64,000 bases of DNA, taken from NCBI GenBank assembly GCA_965223295.1, contig CBDCWC010000002.1:928001-992000 (forward strand), read 5' to 3'. The notes under the pieces are model-generated. The model was not told the DNA's origin and did no database searches. It worked only from the letters and a program-made list of their open reading frames with translations. Below are positions 1 to 8,888 of this stretch, piece after piece. A program made the translations under genes and the position numbers. This stretch comes from Nitrospirales bacterium. Its GTDB lineage: Bacteria > Nitrospirota > Nitrospiria > Nitrospirales > UBA8639. Positions within the stretch are counted from its first letter, which is position 1. Each line of letters begins with the position of its first letter.

Positions 1-261
1 TTGCTCGAACCCAGAGCATTGCCTACTCGATGCACAATCTCCGTGTAAAACACCGAGAAGAAAGTCGGCAAGAGAGCTGAAGTTTAAGGACAAGTATAGG
101 CATATCCCCGAACATTCGAGCAGCCGCCTGGTTCTGGCCAAGCTGGGACGGTCCCACCCCAGCATCGAAGATTGCATGAAGGGCTGCTTTCCTCTACTGT
201 GCGCGAGAAATGCTGTCACAGTCTGTCAGATCAGATCGGTGTTCTTACAGGTTTAACTCGC

Positions 262-1407
262 ATGCTCCGTATTCTTTTTCTAGGTATGTTTCTGATTATG
301 GTTCTTGGGCTGCCGCCCTTCGGACTGCTGTTGGCAGGATTTTCGCTTCCAACCACTCTGACTCTTTTCCCAATCCCTATCGAACCCGGCACCTCATCAC
401 TATCCTGGCCGGTATGGGGAATACTTGCAGGACTGATCGCGGCAACATTGATGCCTTTTATGTGGCGGTTTTTCCATTCCTCATTGATCACTCAACAGAG
501 ATCCTTACCCTTACACTCCACTCGTTTCCCCCGGTGGGGATGGCTAGGCATTTTAGGGACTTTAAGTGCCTGGCTATTCGCCTGGTCTCGATTTTCATGG
601 TTTGAAATCTATCAAGCCCATACCTTTCCTCTTCTCTGGCTTGGCTATATCGTGATTCTGAATGCAGTGACCTTTCAACGCAGCCGAAACTGCCTTCTGA
701 TTGATCACTCTCGATTTCTGGCCCGCCTCTTTATTCTCAGCGCAGGCTTTTGGTGGACATTTGAATATCTCAACCAATACGTGAACAATTGGCACTATGT
801 GAACGTACCAGAAACTTCCCTTTTCGAATACATCGTCTTCACCTCCCTTTCCTTCTCCACCGTCCTTCCAGCGATACTCAGTACGTATGAATGGCTGAAC
901 ACGTTTCCTCGCCTCACGAAACCATTTGAACACTGGTATTCACTGCAATGGATCAACCATCCCCAGTCTGGCTGGATGTTTCTTGCTCTAGGCGGCCTCG
1001 GGCTTGGGCTCATTGGCATATGGCCCACCGTCCTTTTTCCTGTTCTCTGGCTTTCACCGCTATGCTTACTAGCCGGGATGCAACAGATAAACAAGGGAAA
1101 GGCTATTCCCTGCCTCTCCAGTCTGGCTCAAGGAGACTGGCGACCAATAATCTTATCGTCTGGCGCTGCACTGGCATGTGGGTTTTGGTGGGAATTGTGG
1201 AATAGTTACAGCTTGGTACATTGGGAATACACCATTCGCTATGTTCATGCGCTTAGGATCTTTGAAATGCCAATATTAGGTTATTCCGGCTATTTGCCGT
1301 TTGGCATAACCTGTCTGGCTATCACAGAGGTTGTGCTCAACTATCCAACCATCTACTTCACGTCCAGAATTGCTTCCAATCAGCCAGAACTGGCCAAGAT
1401 TGCCTGA
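262..1407 (+). CDS. Polytopic membrane protein of unknown function with an internal two-fold repeat
   Basis: Long hydrophobic ORF. ATG at 262 is in frame with the TTG at 172. Repeated motifs WWTFEYLN..WHY and WWELWN..WEY..FEMP. Confidence 0.7.
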   Translation: MLRILFLGMFLIMVLGLPPFGLLLAGFSLPTTLTLFPIPIEPGTSSLSWPVWGILAGLIAATLMPFMWRFFHSSLITQQRSLPLHSTRFPRWGWLGILGTLSAWLFAWSRFSWFEIYQAHTFPLLWLGYIVILNAVTFQRSRNCLLIDHSRFLARLFILSAGFWWTFEYLNQYVNNWHYVNVPETSLFEYIVFTSLSFSTVLPAILSTYEWLNTFPRLTKPFEHWYSLQWINHPQSGWMFLALGGLGLGLIGIWPTVLFPVLWLSPLCLLAGMQQINKGKAIPCLSSLAQGDWRPIILSSGAALACGFWWELWNSYSLVHWEYTIRYVHALRIFEMPILGYSGYLPFGITCLAITEVVLNYPTIYFTSRIASNQPELAKIA

Positions 1408-1478
1408 ACTTGTTGAACTCACTACGGAGAAAACCTCTCAAAATGATAAAAAAGTGGTACTTTGACCTTGCACAAATG

Positions 1479-1835
1479 CTAAAGCGAATCCTTTGTTGGG
1501 GACTTCCACATCGTCCATCCCAAGGATATTAGGAGAATCAAAAGGACGAGAGGAACGGGAAAGGCACTCATTTCATGCGCCTTTAAGTGTGTCAGAGCAG
1601 CGCCGACCATGGTGATGCTCAAGACTACGATCCCGTAGAATTGTGCTTTTGGAATAAACAGGCAAAGTCCTCCACCAACTTCTATCAGTCCAGTCACATA
1701 CAAAAACCAAATTGGATAGCCCCATTGTTGAAAGTGTTCAACTTGAGAATGCTCCCCCATGAGTTTAGCTCCGCCTGCAATGATAAACATGACACCCAAC
1801 ACAATCCACAGTGCAGTTTTGATATGTTTTTTCAT
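1479..1835 (-). CDS. DoxX family membrane protein
   Basis: 118 aa with 4 hydrophobic segments; GAKL..F..WGYP and GLIEVGGG motifs. Confidence 0.85.
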   Translation of the reverse strand: MKKHIKTALWIVLGVMFIIAGGAKLMGEHSQVEHFQQWGYPIWFLYVTGLIEVGGGLCLFIPKAQFYGIVVLSITMVGAALTHLKAHEMSAFPVPLVLLILLISLGWTMWKSPTKDSL

Positions 1836-1874
1836 ATATTCCCCAAAAGAGTTACGGTATAAAAAAGTAGATAC

Positions 1875-1895
1875 CCACGGGCTTACGCCGCGTGG
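1875..1895. repeat. Imperfect hairpin resembling an IS200/IS605-type end or REP remnant
   Basis: CCACGGGC-TTAC-GCCGCGTGG in the intergenic region between divergent genes. Confidence 0.35.
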
Positions 1896-2063
1896 TCCTC
1901 CGCGCTAACTTTGATAGACAGAGCATCCACTGCTGCAACTATATATTGATCATCTTCTTGATTCTACTCCATGCCAATTGCAAGTCCTGCAATTTCTTGC
2001 AAAAACCTGTTCAACAAATTATGTTGAGAGACCAGGTTTATCAATAGCACTTATTTTCAAGGA

Positions 2064-2795
2064 ATGCCAAACCAATTGACGATACTTGATGTACGCGACC
2101 GTCTACAGCAGGCGCAGTCGGTCACAGTACTGACAGGAGCTGGGATTTCGGCCGATAGTGGCGTCCCAACATTCCGAGGACCTGAAGGCCTTTGGAAAAA
2201 CTTTCGGCCAGAGGAACTTGCATCGCCTGAAGCCTTTGCTCGCGATCCCCAACTCGTGTGGGAGTGGTATAACTGGCGGCGTGAGTTACTCACTACAAAG
2301 CAGCCCAATGCTGCTCATGAGGCACTTGTACAACTCGAGGCACTAATTCCAAACTTTTGGATCATCACGCAAAATGTAGATGGTCTCCATGCCGCTGCAG
2401 GCACTCAACACCTTTCAGAAATTCATGGAAATATTTGGAAAGTTCGGTGTACAAACTGCTGCGTCGTTTCGCCAAACCATGAGGTGCCCTTGCCGTATCC
2501 ACCAACATGCAAAGCATGCAGTGGCCTACTACGGCCACACATCGTCTGGTTTGGAGAATCGTTAGCAGCAAAAGACCTCGAACAGAGCTATGCAGCCCTA
2601 GAGCGTTGTGAGATCTTGTTGATTATCGGCACATCTGGTGTCGTCTATCCCGCTGCCTCCTTTGCTCCAGTGGCCAAAGACCATGGAGCCTTCGTCGTGG
2701 AACTCAACTTAGAGAGCACTCCCAATTCTTCCGCGGTTGACGTCTCCTTTCAAGGTCGGGCGAAAGAGTTGGTTCCTCTGCTACTTTCGGGTTGA
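2064..2795 (+). CDS. cobB: NAD-dependent protein deacylase (sirtuin)
   Basis: GAGISADSGVPTFRG, TQNVDGLH, HG, CxxC..CxxC, RPHIVWFGE and IGTSG motifs. Confidence 0.95.
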   Translation: MPNQLTILDVRDRLQQAQSVTVLTGAGISADSGVPTFRGPEGLWKNFRPEELASPEAFARDPQLVWEWYNWRRELLTTKQPNAAHEALVQLEALIPNFWIITQNVDGLHAAAGTQHLSEIHGNIWKVRCTNCCVVSPNHEVPLPYPPTCKACSGLLRPHIVWFGESLAAKDLEQSYAALERCEILLIIGTSGVVYPAASFAPVAKDHGAFVVELNLESTPNSSAVDVSFQGRAKELVPLLLSG

Positions 2796-3049
2796 CCCAT
2801 AGCCCCATTTTCTTGACTCGCTTTGTACCTGTTTGTTACGTTTTTTTGTTTAGGGGCCTGTCCAAGATAAGACTGATCTACTACGGTCGCACTGGATTTG
2901 GCCAGATCTTTCGATCCTTTTCGTTCAATAGTCCCACTATTCGCCTCAAACGATCGAATAATCTGACTCAAATCAGCACATCCTCGTGACGATCGCGTAT
3001 CTCGGACAGACTCCCTGGGGGTTCCCAGTACATTATGTTGGAGTGAGCA

Positions 3050-3250
3050 ATGCAATTAACCATAAACGGTAAGGCTGAAAACCTAGATGTTTCTACAGTT
3101 ATGGATGTTCTCAAAGCCAAGGACATTGACCCGCAACTCGTTGCAATTGAAGTCAATACTCAAATGATCGATCAAGAAAATTTGGCCACAACATCTCTTA
3201 AGGAAAACGACAAGCTGGAATTCTTGTTTTTTATGGGCGGTGGCGCGTGA
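3050..3250 (+). CDS. ThiS-family sulfur carrier protein (HcyS-like, ends GG-Ala)
   Basis: 66 aa beta-grasp protein ending EFLFFMGGGA; GGAG RBS upstream. Confidence 0.9.
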   Translation: MQLTINGKAENLDVSTVMDVLKAKDIDPQLVAIEVNTQMIDQENLATTSLKENDKLEFLFFMGGGA

Positions 3251-4176
3251 ACGCCCAATTATTGCACGGCATCACCGACGGCATTGGCGGCACCCCGCTC
3301 GTTCGACTCAACCGCCTCTCCCCTCCTGACGGAGCCACCATCTATGGCAAAGCTGAATTTTATAATCCAGGAGGCAGCGTCAAAGACCGTATTTGCCTGA
3401 ATATGATTGAGGAGGCTGAAAAGCAGGGCCTCTTGAAATCCGGCAGTACCATCGTTGAACCTACCAGCGGAAATACAGGTATCGGATTAGCCCTTGTTTG
3501 CGCCGTTCGGGGATATAAGCTCATCCTCGTCATGCCCGAAGGCATGAGCTTGGAACGGGCCAGCCTGCTCTCGTCCTATGGCGCACAATTGGTGCTGACA
3601 CCCGCAAGGGAAGGGATGCGAGGCTCGATTAAGGAAGCTGAAAGCATTTTGGAGCAAAACCCTGAATATTTCATGCCGAACCAATTTTCCAATCCCGCAA
3701 ATCCCGCCATGCACAGAAAAACCACTGCATTGGAAATTTTGGAGGCCTTGGATGGCAAGGTAGATGCCTTTGTGGCGGCTGTTGGAACCGGCGGCACGAT
3801 TACTGGTTGTGGGGACGTATTTAAAGAAAAAGATCCCAACGTGAAAGTCGTGGCCGTGGAGCCTTCTGGCTCACCCGTTTTATCCGGAGGTGAAGCTGGT
3901 CCGCATAAAATTCAAGGTATTGGCGCTGGTTTCGTCCCGAAAGTCTTGAACCGCTCATTACTGGATCAAATTATGACTGTGACGGATGAAGAAGCCTATC
4001 AAACCACAAAACAGCTCGCCAAGAAAGAAGGACTGCTCGTGGGAATTTCCGCCGGAGCCAATGTCTTTGCCGCACAAAAAATTGCTGAATCGCTTGAACC
4101 AGGGAAAAACGTGGTTACTATTCTTTGTGACACCGGTGAGCGCTATCTTAGCATCGAAAAATACTTCAACATTTAA
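3247..4176 (+). CDS. cysK: Cysteine synthase family PLP enzyme
   Basis: NPGGSVKDR (PLP lysine), PTSGNTG, GTGGT and HKIQGIG motifs. Confidence 0.9.
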   Translation: MNAQLLHGITDGIGGTPLVRLNRLSPPDGATIYGKAEFYNPGGSVKDRICLNMIEEAEKQGLLKSGSTIVEPTSGNTGIGLALVCAVRGYKLILVMPEGMSLERASLLSSYGAQLVLTPAREGMRGSIKEAESILEQNPEYFMPNQFSNPANPAMHRKTTALEILEALDGKVDAFVAAVGTGGTITGCGDVFKEKDPNVKVVAVEPSGSPVLSGGEAGPHKIQGIGAGFVPKVLNRSLLDQIMTVTDEEAYQTTKQLAKKEGLLVGISAGANVFAAQKIAESLEPGKNVVTILCDTGERYLSIEKYFNI

Positions 4177-4203
4177 TCGTTGCTTCCCAACACCTAAACA
4201 GTC

Positions 4204-5007
4204 ATGAGTTTTACTGAAGACCAAATCACCCGTTATAGCCGACATATTCTCTTACCCGAAGTCGGCGGGAAAGGGCAAAAGAAGCTCTCACAGGCCAAAG
4301 TCTTTGTCGTGGGTGCTGGAGGCCTAGGGTGTCCTGTCGCCTATTATCTCGGCGCGGCGGGGATTGGCACGATTGGTTTAATTGATAGTGATGTGGTGGA
4401 CCTTTCCAATTTGCAACGGCAAGTCTTGCATCATACCCCTGATGTTGGCCGCTCCAAAACCCTGTCGGCCAAAGAGAAAATTCAGGCCTTAAATCCCGAC
4501 GTTCAGGTTATCACATATGACAAGCGGCTAACGGCTGAAAACGCTCGCGAGATCATTAGCCAATATGATGTGGTAATCGACGGCGTAGATAACTTTCCCG
4601 CAAAATTTTTGATCAACGATGCCTGCTATTTGGAGAACAAGCCGCTTATCCATGGAGGCATCTTGCGCTTTGAAGGCCGGGTTATGACGATCGTCCCGAA
4701 TCAATCGGCGTGCTATCGCTGTATTTTTAAAAATCCGCCACAGCCTGGCGTCGTACCCACATGTCAGGAAGCCGGTATTATCGGGGTAGTTGCAGGAATT
4801 ATTGGAACTGTGCAGGCAACGGAAGCTATTAAGCTAATTCTCAAGATCGGACAACCATTGACGGATCGCCTACTCGACTTCGATGCCAGGACGACCACGT
4901 TTCGAGAAATTCGTGTCAAACAAAATCCATCGTGTGCGCTCTGTGGACCGCACGCATCCATCACCGAACTCATGAATTACGACGAGCCAGAAGCCTGCGC
5001 TATTTAA
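4204..5007 (+). CDS. MoeB/ThiF/HesA family adenylyltransferase (E1-like), copy 1, no rhodanese domain
   Basis: RYSRH, GAGGLG, DLSNLQRQ, CYRC, PTCQEAG and CALC motifs; 267 aa. Confidence 0.92.
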   Translation: MSFTEDQITRYSRHILLPEVGGKGQKKLSQAKVFVVGAGGLGCPVAYYLGAAGIGTIGLIDSDVVDLSNLQRQVLHHTPDVGRSKTLSAKEKIQALNPDVQVITYDKRLTAENAREIISQYDVVIDGVDNFPAKFLINDACYLENKPLIHGGILRFEGRVMTIVPNQSACYRCIFKNPPQPGVVPTCQEAGIIGVVAGIIGTVQATEAIKLILKIGQPLTDRLLDFDARTTTFREIRVKQNPSCALCGPHASITELMNYDEPEACAI

Positions 5008-5070
5008 ATATCATCTATTCATACGGAGTATTCTAACCATCTCTATGGTGTTGAAGACGAGGCCTCCATC

Positions 5071-6312
5071 ATGACAAAGAAAATGCAATCACTTGTTTGC
5101 CGGGAATGCGGGAAAGAATATCCCACGCAAGATATTCACGTCTGCGAACTCTGCTTTGGTCCCTTAGAAGTTAAATATGATTATGCCGCCATTAAACAAG
5201 CTATCTCGAGAGATAAAATTCAGGCCGGGCCGAAAAGCCTCTGGCGTTATGTGGATCTCCTTCCCGTTGAGGGAACCAACTTCATTGGCAAACATGCCGG
5301 GTTTACCCCACTGGTGCATGCCAAAAATCTTGGCGCCTTTTTAGGCCTAGACAATTTATACATTAAAAATGATTGTGTGAATCACCCGACCTTGTCGTTT
5401 AAAGATCGCGTCGTCGCCATCGCTCTCACTCGCGCACGGGAATTAGGATTCGAGACAGTGGCCTGTGCATCAACCGGCAATTTGGCGAACTCTGTCTCCG
5501 CACATGCCGCATCTGCTGGCATGAAATGTTATGTGTTTATTCCTGGAGATCTAGAGGCAGCGAAGGTGTTGGGCAATCTCATCTATCGCCCCAATGTGAT
5601 TGAAATTGAAGGCAACTACGATGACGTCAACCGTCTCTGCAGCGAAATCGCAGGAGAACGGCACTGGGCCTTTGTGAATATCAACGTTCGTCCCTACTAT
5701 GCAGAAGGGTCCAAAAGCCTCGCGTTTGAAACAGCGGAGCAATTAGGATGGCGGGCGCCAGATCAAGTCGTGGTGCCGATGGCCTCAGGATCCCTTCTGA
5801 CGAAGATCTGGAAAGGGTTAAACGAATTAAAAAAAGTTGGGCTGCTTGATTCGGTTCAAACCAAAGTCAATGGAGCACAAGCCGAAGGCTGCTCACCCAT
5901 TGCTACAGCCTTTCGGAACGGCCGCGACTTTTTTAAACCCGTGAAACCCGACACGATTGCCAAGTCGTTGGCCATTGGAAATCCAGCCGATGGCTATTAT
6001 GCGCTCAAAACCGCGGCAGAAAGCCATGGGGCAATGGAAGCAGTCACAGATGATGAAATCGTAGAAAGCATTAAACTCCTAGCGCAAACCGAGGGAATTT
6101 TTGCCGAGACTGCTGGGGGCGTCACAATTGGTGTCTTGAGAAAATTATGTAAACAAGGATTGATTCAAAAAAACGAAGTCACCGTCGCTTATATCACTGG
6201 CAACGGGCTGAAAACACAGGAGGCCGTGGTTGATTCAGTGGGACGGCCAACTCGCATTCAACCCAGTCTGAAGCATTTCACACAGACTTTTGGCATCGAG
6301 GAGTCAACATGA
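5071..6312 (+). CDS. Threonine synthase-like PLP enzyme (possible O-phosphohomoserine sulfhydrylase)
   Basis: N-terminal CxxC..CxxC, PTLSFKDR, ASTGN and ITGNGLK motifs; overlaps the MoaD-family gene by ATGA. Confidence 0.85.
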   Translation: MTKKMQSLVCRECGKEYPTQDIHVCELCFGPLEVKYDYAAIKQAISRDKIQAGPKSLWRYVDLLPVEGTNFIGKHAGFTPLVHAKNLGAFLGLDNLYIKNDCVNHPTLSFKDRVVAIALTRARELGFETVACASTGNLANSVSAHAASAGMKCYVFIPGDLEAAKVLGNLIYRPNVIEIEGNYDDVNRLCSEIAGERHWAFVNINVRPYYAEGSKSLAFETAEQLGWRAPDQVVVPMASGSLLTKIWKGLNELKKVGLLDSVQTKVNGAQAEGCSPIATAFRNGRDFFKPVKPDTIAKSLAIGNPADGYYALKTAAESHGAMEAVTDDEIVESIKLLAQTEGIFAETAGGVTIGVLRKLCKQGLIQKNEVTVAYITGNGLKTQEAVVDSVGRPTRIQPSLKHFTQTFGIEEST

Positions 6313-6584
6313 TTAAGGTACGCATCCCCACTCCCCTGCGTCCCATGACGGGTGGGAAAAATGAAGTGGAAATTGCCGGAAATTCCGTGGGAGAAATTTT
6401 GGAAAATTTAGCCACCGCGCATCCTGGGATAAAAGAACGCATTTGCGACGAACAGGGCGAAGTACGACGTTTCATTAATATCTATGTCAACGAAGAAGAC
6501 ATTCGGTTTCTAACAGGCAAAGAGACACCCCTCAAGGAGGGGGATGAAATGTCCATTATTCCCGCCATTGCAGGAGGCACATAA
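6309..6584 (+). CDS. MoaD/CysO-family sulfur carrier protein (ends GG-Thr)
   Basis: IPTPLR..T, INIYVNEEDIRFL and PAIAGGT motifs. Confidence 0.9.
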   Translation: MIKVRIPTPLRPMTGGKNEVEIAGNSVGEILENLATAHPGIKERICDEQGEVRRFINIYVNEEDIRFLTGKETPLKEGDEMSIIPAIAGGT

Positions 6585-6824
6585 ATGGCCAAACTTCGCT
6601 TCCACATTCGGTACCCTGAAGAACGCATTCCCGATCCAATTTTATATGAGATCGGAAAAGAGTTTCAGGTGGTGACCAGTATTCGGCGCGCCGATGTTCG
6701 TGAAACGACAGGCTGGTTAGATGTGGAGTTCACTGGAGAAGCTGATGAAATAGAACATGCCATCGCCGGGCTTCGCCAAAAAGGATGTGTCGTCGACCCT
6801 ATCGAACTCAACGTCGTGGAATAA
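6585..6824 (+). CDS. Stand-alone NIL-domain protein
   Basis: 79 aa; P.I.DPILY, SIRRADV and GWL pattern typical of NIL domains; abuts the previous gene. Confidence 0.75.
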   Translation: MAKLRFHIRYPEERIPDPILYEIGKEFQVVTSIRRADVRETTGWLDVEFTGEADEIEHAIAGLRQKGCVVDPIELNVVE

Positions 6825-6839
6825 GAAAAGCGATACACT

Positions 6840-7643
6840 ATGCAATTCACAGATTCGCAAATCAACCGTTATAGCCGCCAGATGATTCTGACTGAAGTCG
6901 GCGGTAAAGGTCAAAAGAAATTGCAAGACGCGAAGGTTCTGGTTATTGGCGCCGGGGGGCTGGGATCTCCAGCCGCGCTCTATCTCGTCGCAGCCGGAGT
7001 TGGCACACTTGGCCTCACCGATGGGGATGTCGTTGACCTCTCAAACTTGCAGCGGCAAATTCTTCATACGACTGATCGCATTGGTGCACCGAAAGTTGAA
7101 TCCGGAGGGCAATTGCTCTCAGCTTTAAATCCTGAAATCACGCTTCAGCTCTATCCTGAACATGTCAGCAAAGACAACATTATGGGTCTACTAGAACACT
7201 ATGACATTATATTGGATGGTTCGGATAATTTCTCAACACGGTTTTTAATCAATGATGCCTGCTTCTTTGCTAAGAAAACGCTTATTTCTGGCAGCATCTT
7301 TCGATTCGAGGGACAACTCGCCACAATTAAACCTCATGAAGGCTTCCCTTGCTATCGCTGCTTATACCCCGAACCGCCCCCTGCTGGATTAGTGCCCAAT
7401 TGTCAGGAAGCTGGAGTCTTGGGTGTCTTAGCCGGAACCATTGGAGTCCTACAAGCCAATGAAACTATTAAAGAAATTCTTGGCCTTGGAGAAACCCTCG
7501 CCGACAGGCTCCTCCTCTATGATGCGCTAGACATGAGTTTCAGAAAAGTTGGTCGCCCCAAAGCCCCTGATTGCCCTCTTTGTGGACCTCATCCCACCAT
7601 TACAGAATTGGGTGAGGACTATGAAGTTGCTTGCAGTCTCTGA
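6840..7643 (+). CDS. MoeB/ThiF/HesA family adenylyltransferase (E1-like), copy 2, no rhodanese domain
   Basis: RYSRQ, GAGGLG, SNLQRQ, CYRC, PNCQEAG and CPLC motifs; paralog of 4204-5007. Confidence 0.92.
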   Translation: MQFTDSQINRYSRQMILTEVGGKGQKKLQDAKVLVIGAGGLGSPAALYLVAAGVGTLGLTDGDVVDLSNLQRQILHTTDRIGAPKVESGGQLLSALNPEITLQLYPEHVSKDNIMGLLEHYDIILDGSDNFSTRFLINDACFFAKKTLISGSIFRFEGQLATIKPHEGFPCYRCLYPEPPPAGLVPNCQEAGVLGVLAGTIGVLQANETIKEILGLGETLADRLLLYDALDMSFRKVGRPKAPDCPLCGPHPTITELGEDYEVACSL

Positions 7644-7648
7644 CCTCT

Positions 7649-8161
7649 ATGCTCCACATTCCCTCCGGCATCATTCGAGACATGATTGCCCATGCGCAGG
7701 AGCTGGCTCCGCATGAATGCTGCGGCATTCTTTCCGGAAAGAAGCATACCGTCGTCGAGAGTTATCGCATTACCAATATTTTAGCCACGATGTCCGAACA
7801 GGAATTGTCACGATTTGAAGGGGCCAAACTTTCGGATCTCAAGCAACTCTCCCCGGAAGAACGGGCCGATATCGCCTTTCAAATGGATGCACGGGAAATG
7901 GCTCTAGCACAGCGCGACATTCGCTCGAAAAACCATGATCTTTTAGGGTTTTATCATTCCCATACCTTTAGCCCTGCACGACCCTCACAAACCGATATCA
8001 CCATAGCCATGGAATTTGAAAGCTATCGTCAAAAGCTCAACCTCCCTCAACCTCTCCACCTCATCGTCTCTATTGAACACCCAGAAAATCCCATAATCCG
8101 CGCCTACCAAATACAAAACTCCCAAGCCAACGAAGTCTCTATCAAACAGACTACTGTCTAA
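7649..8161 (+). CDS. JAB/Mov34 (M67) metallopeptidase, Mec+/HcyD-like
   Basis: PHECCG (catalytic Glu) and YHSH..SPARPSQTD JAMM motif; ATG at 7649 chosen as start. Confidence 0.88.
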   Translation: MLHIPSGIIRDMIAHAQELAPHECCGILSGKKHTVVESYRITNILATMSEQELSRFEGAKLSDLKQLSPEERADIAFQMDAREMALAQRDIRSKNHDLLGFYHSHTFSPARPSQTDITIAMEFESYRQKLNLPQPLHLIVSIEHPENPIIRAYQIQNSQANEVSIKQTTV

Positions 8162-8274
8162 AGATTTATCCTTCTCCTTTTATGGGCTCATTTTTGTCCA
8201 TATGAGCATAGACAGCACAGCTATTCTCTTGAGATAATGAGACGTTTTCTCAATTTTCTCAGAAGGAGTCCCCC

Positions 8275-8628
8275 ATGTCCCCCAAAAAATTTGTGCTCAC
8301 TCTTATTGGTCTCGTGCTGGTCTTTCAGTCAAGTGCCCCAGTCTTCGCAGAAGCCTCAACGAATTTCAAAAGTTATTACAGCCCTATTGTTCGGTTAGAA
8401 GCAGACAAAGGCTATTTTCTTGTTACAACGGATTCTGGAATCCAATGGATCCAAGTGGAAGAAGCCGCTAAACCCCATCTGAAAACATTAGAAGTTGGCG
8501 ACATGATCGACGTCATTGTAGAGCTGCGCTCCGGCGATATCCCACCGCTGCTTAAATCATGGAAACTGGCCAGAAGCTCTTCACCCTGTAAAGTTTTCGA
8601 TGGCAAATCCTGTAGCCCTAAAGAATAA
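8275..8628 (+). CDS. Small exported hypothetical protein
   Basis: AAGGAG RBS, signal peptide ending VFA, C-terminal Cys pair. Confidence 0.7.
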   Translation: MSPKKFVLTLIGLVLVFQSSAPVFAEASTNFKSYYSPIVRLEADKGYFLVTTDSGIQWIQVEEAAKPHLKTLEVGDMIDVIVELRSGDIPPLLKSWKLARSSSPCKVFDGKSCSPKE

Positions 8629-8698
8629 AGAGATTCTGTATTAAAAGGCCTCATCAAATAAATGGTTAAATGCGTCCTCTCCTAACTTTCTCTAGAAG

Positions 8699-8888
8699 GG
8701 GAATGTTGAAAAAAGCCGCCAGCGGCGTTCTCGCCATTGTTCCATACTCACGTATTTCCGGTACGCTCCGCGCGCAAACATGGCTGTGATCTTGCTGGAC
8801 AACATTTTTGAATAGCCCCGATGTTGTTGATGGCGAACCGCTTCCGGGCGAAATATGGCCCTTGATATCTTCGTTATTCAACACTCCC
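8699..8888 (-). mobile_element. MITE-like repeat, copy 1 (diverged, reverse orientation)
   Basis: Ends GGGAATGTTGAA and TTCAACACTCCC; reverse complement aligns by eye with the copies at 27115, 30145 and 50805. Confidence 0.8.

Noticed and set aside
2796-3049. SAM or TPP riboswitch upstream of the sulfur operon
   Set aside because: No recognisable SAM-I/II/IV or TPP core by eye; only a short AATAGT-CCC-ACTATT inverted repeat. An Rfam scan would be needed.
4204-8161. Anti-phage ubiquitin-like system (CBASS/Bil type E1-JAB)
   Set aside because: No E2, CD-NTase or effector; the context is PLP sulfur-amino-acid enzymes.
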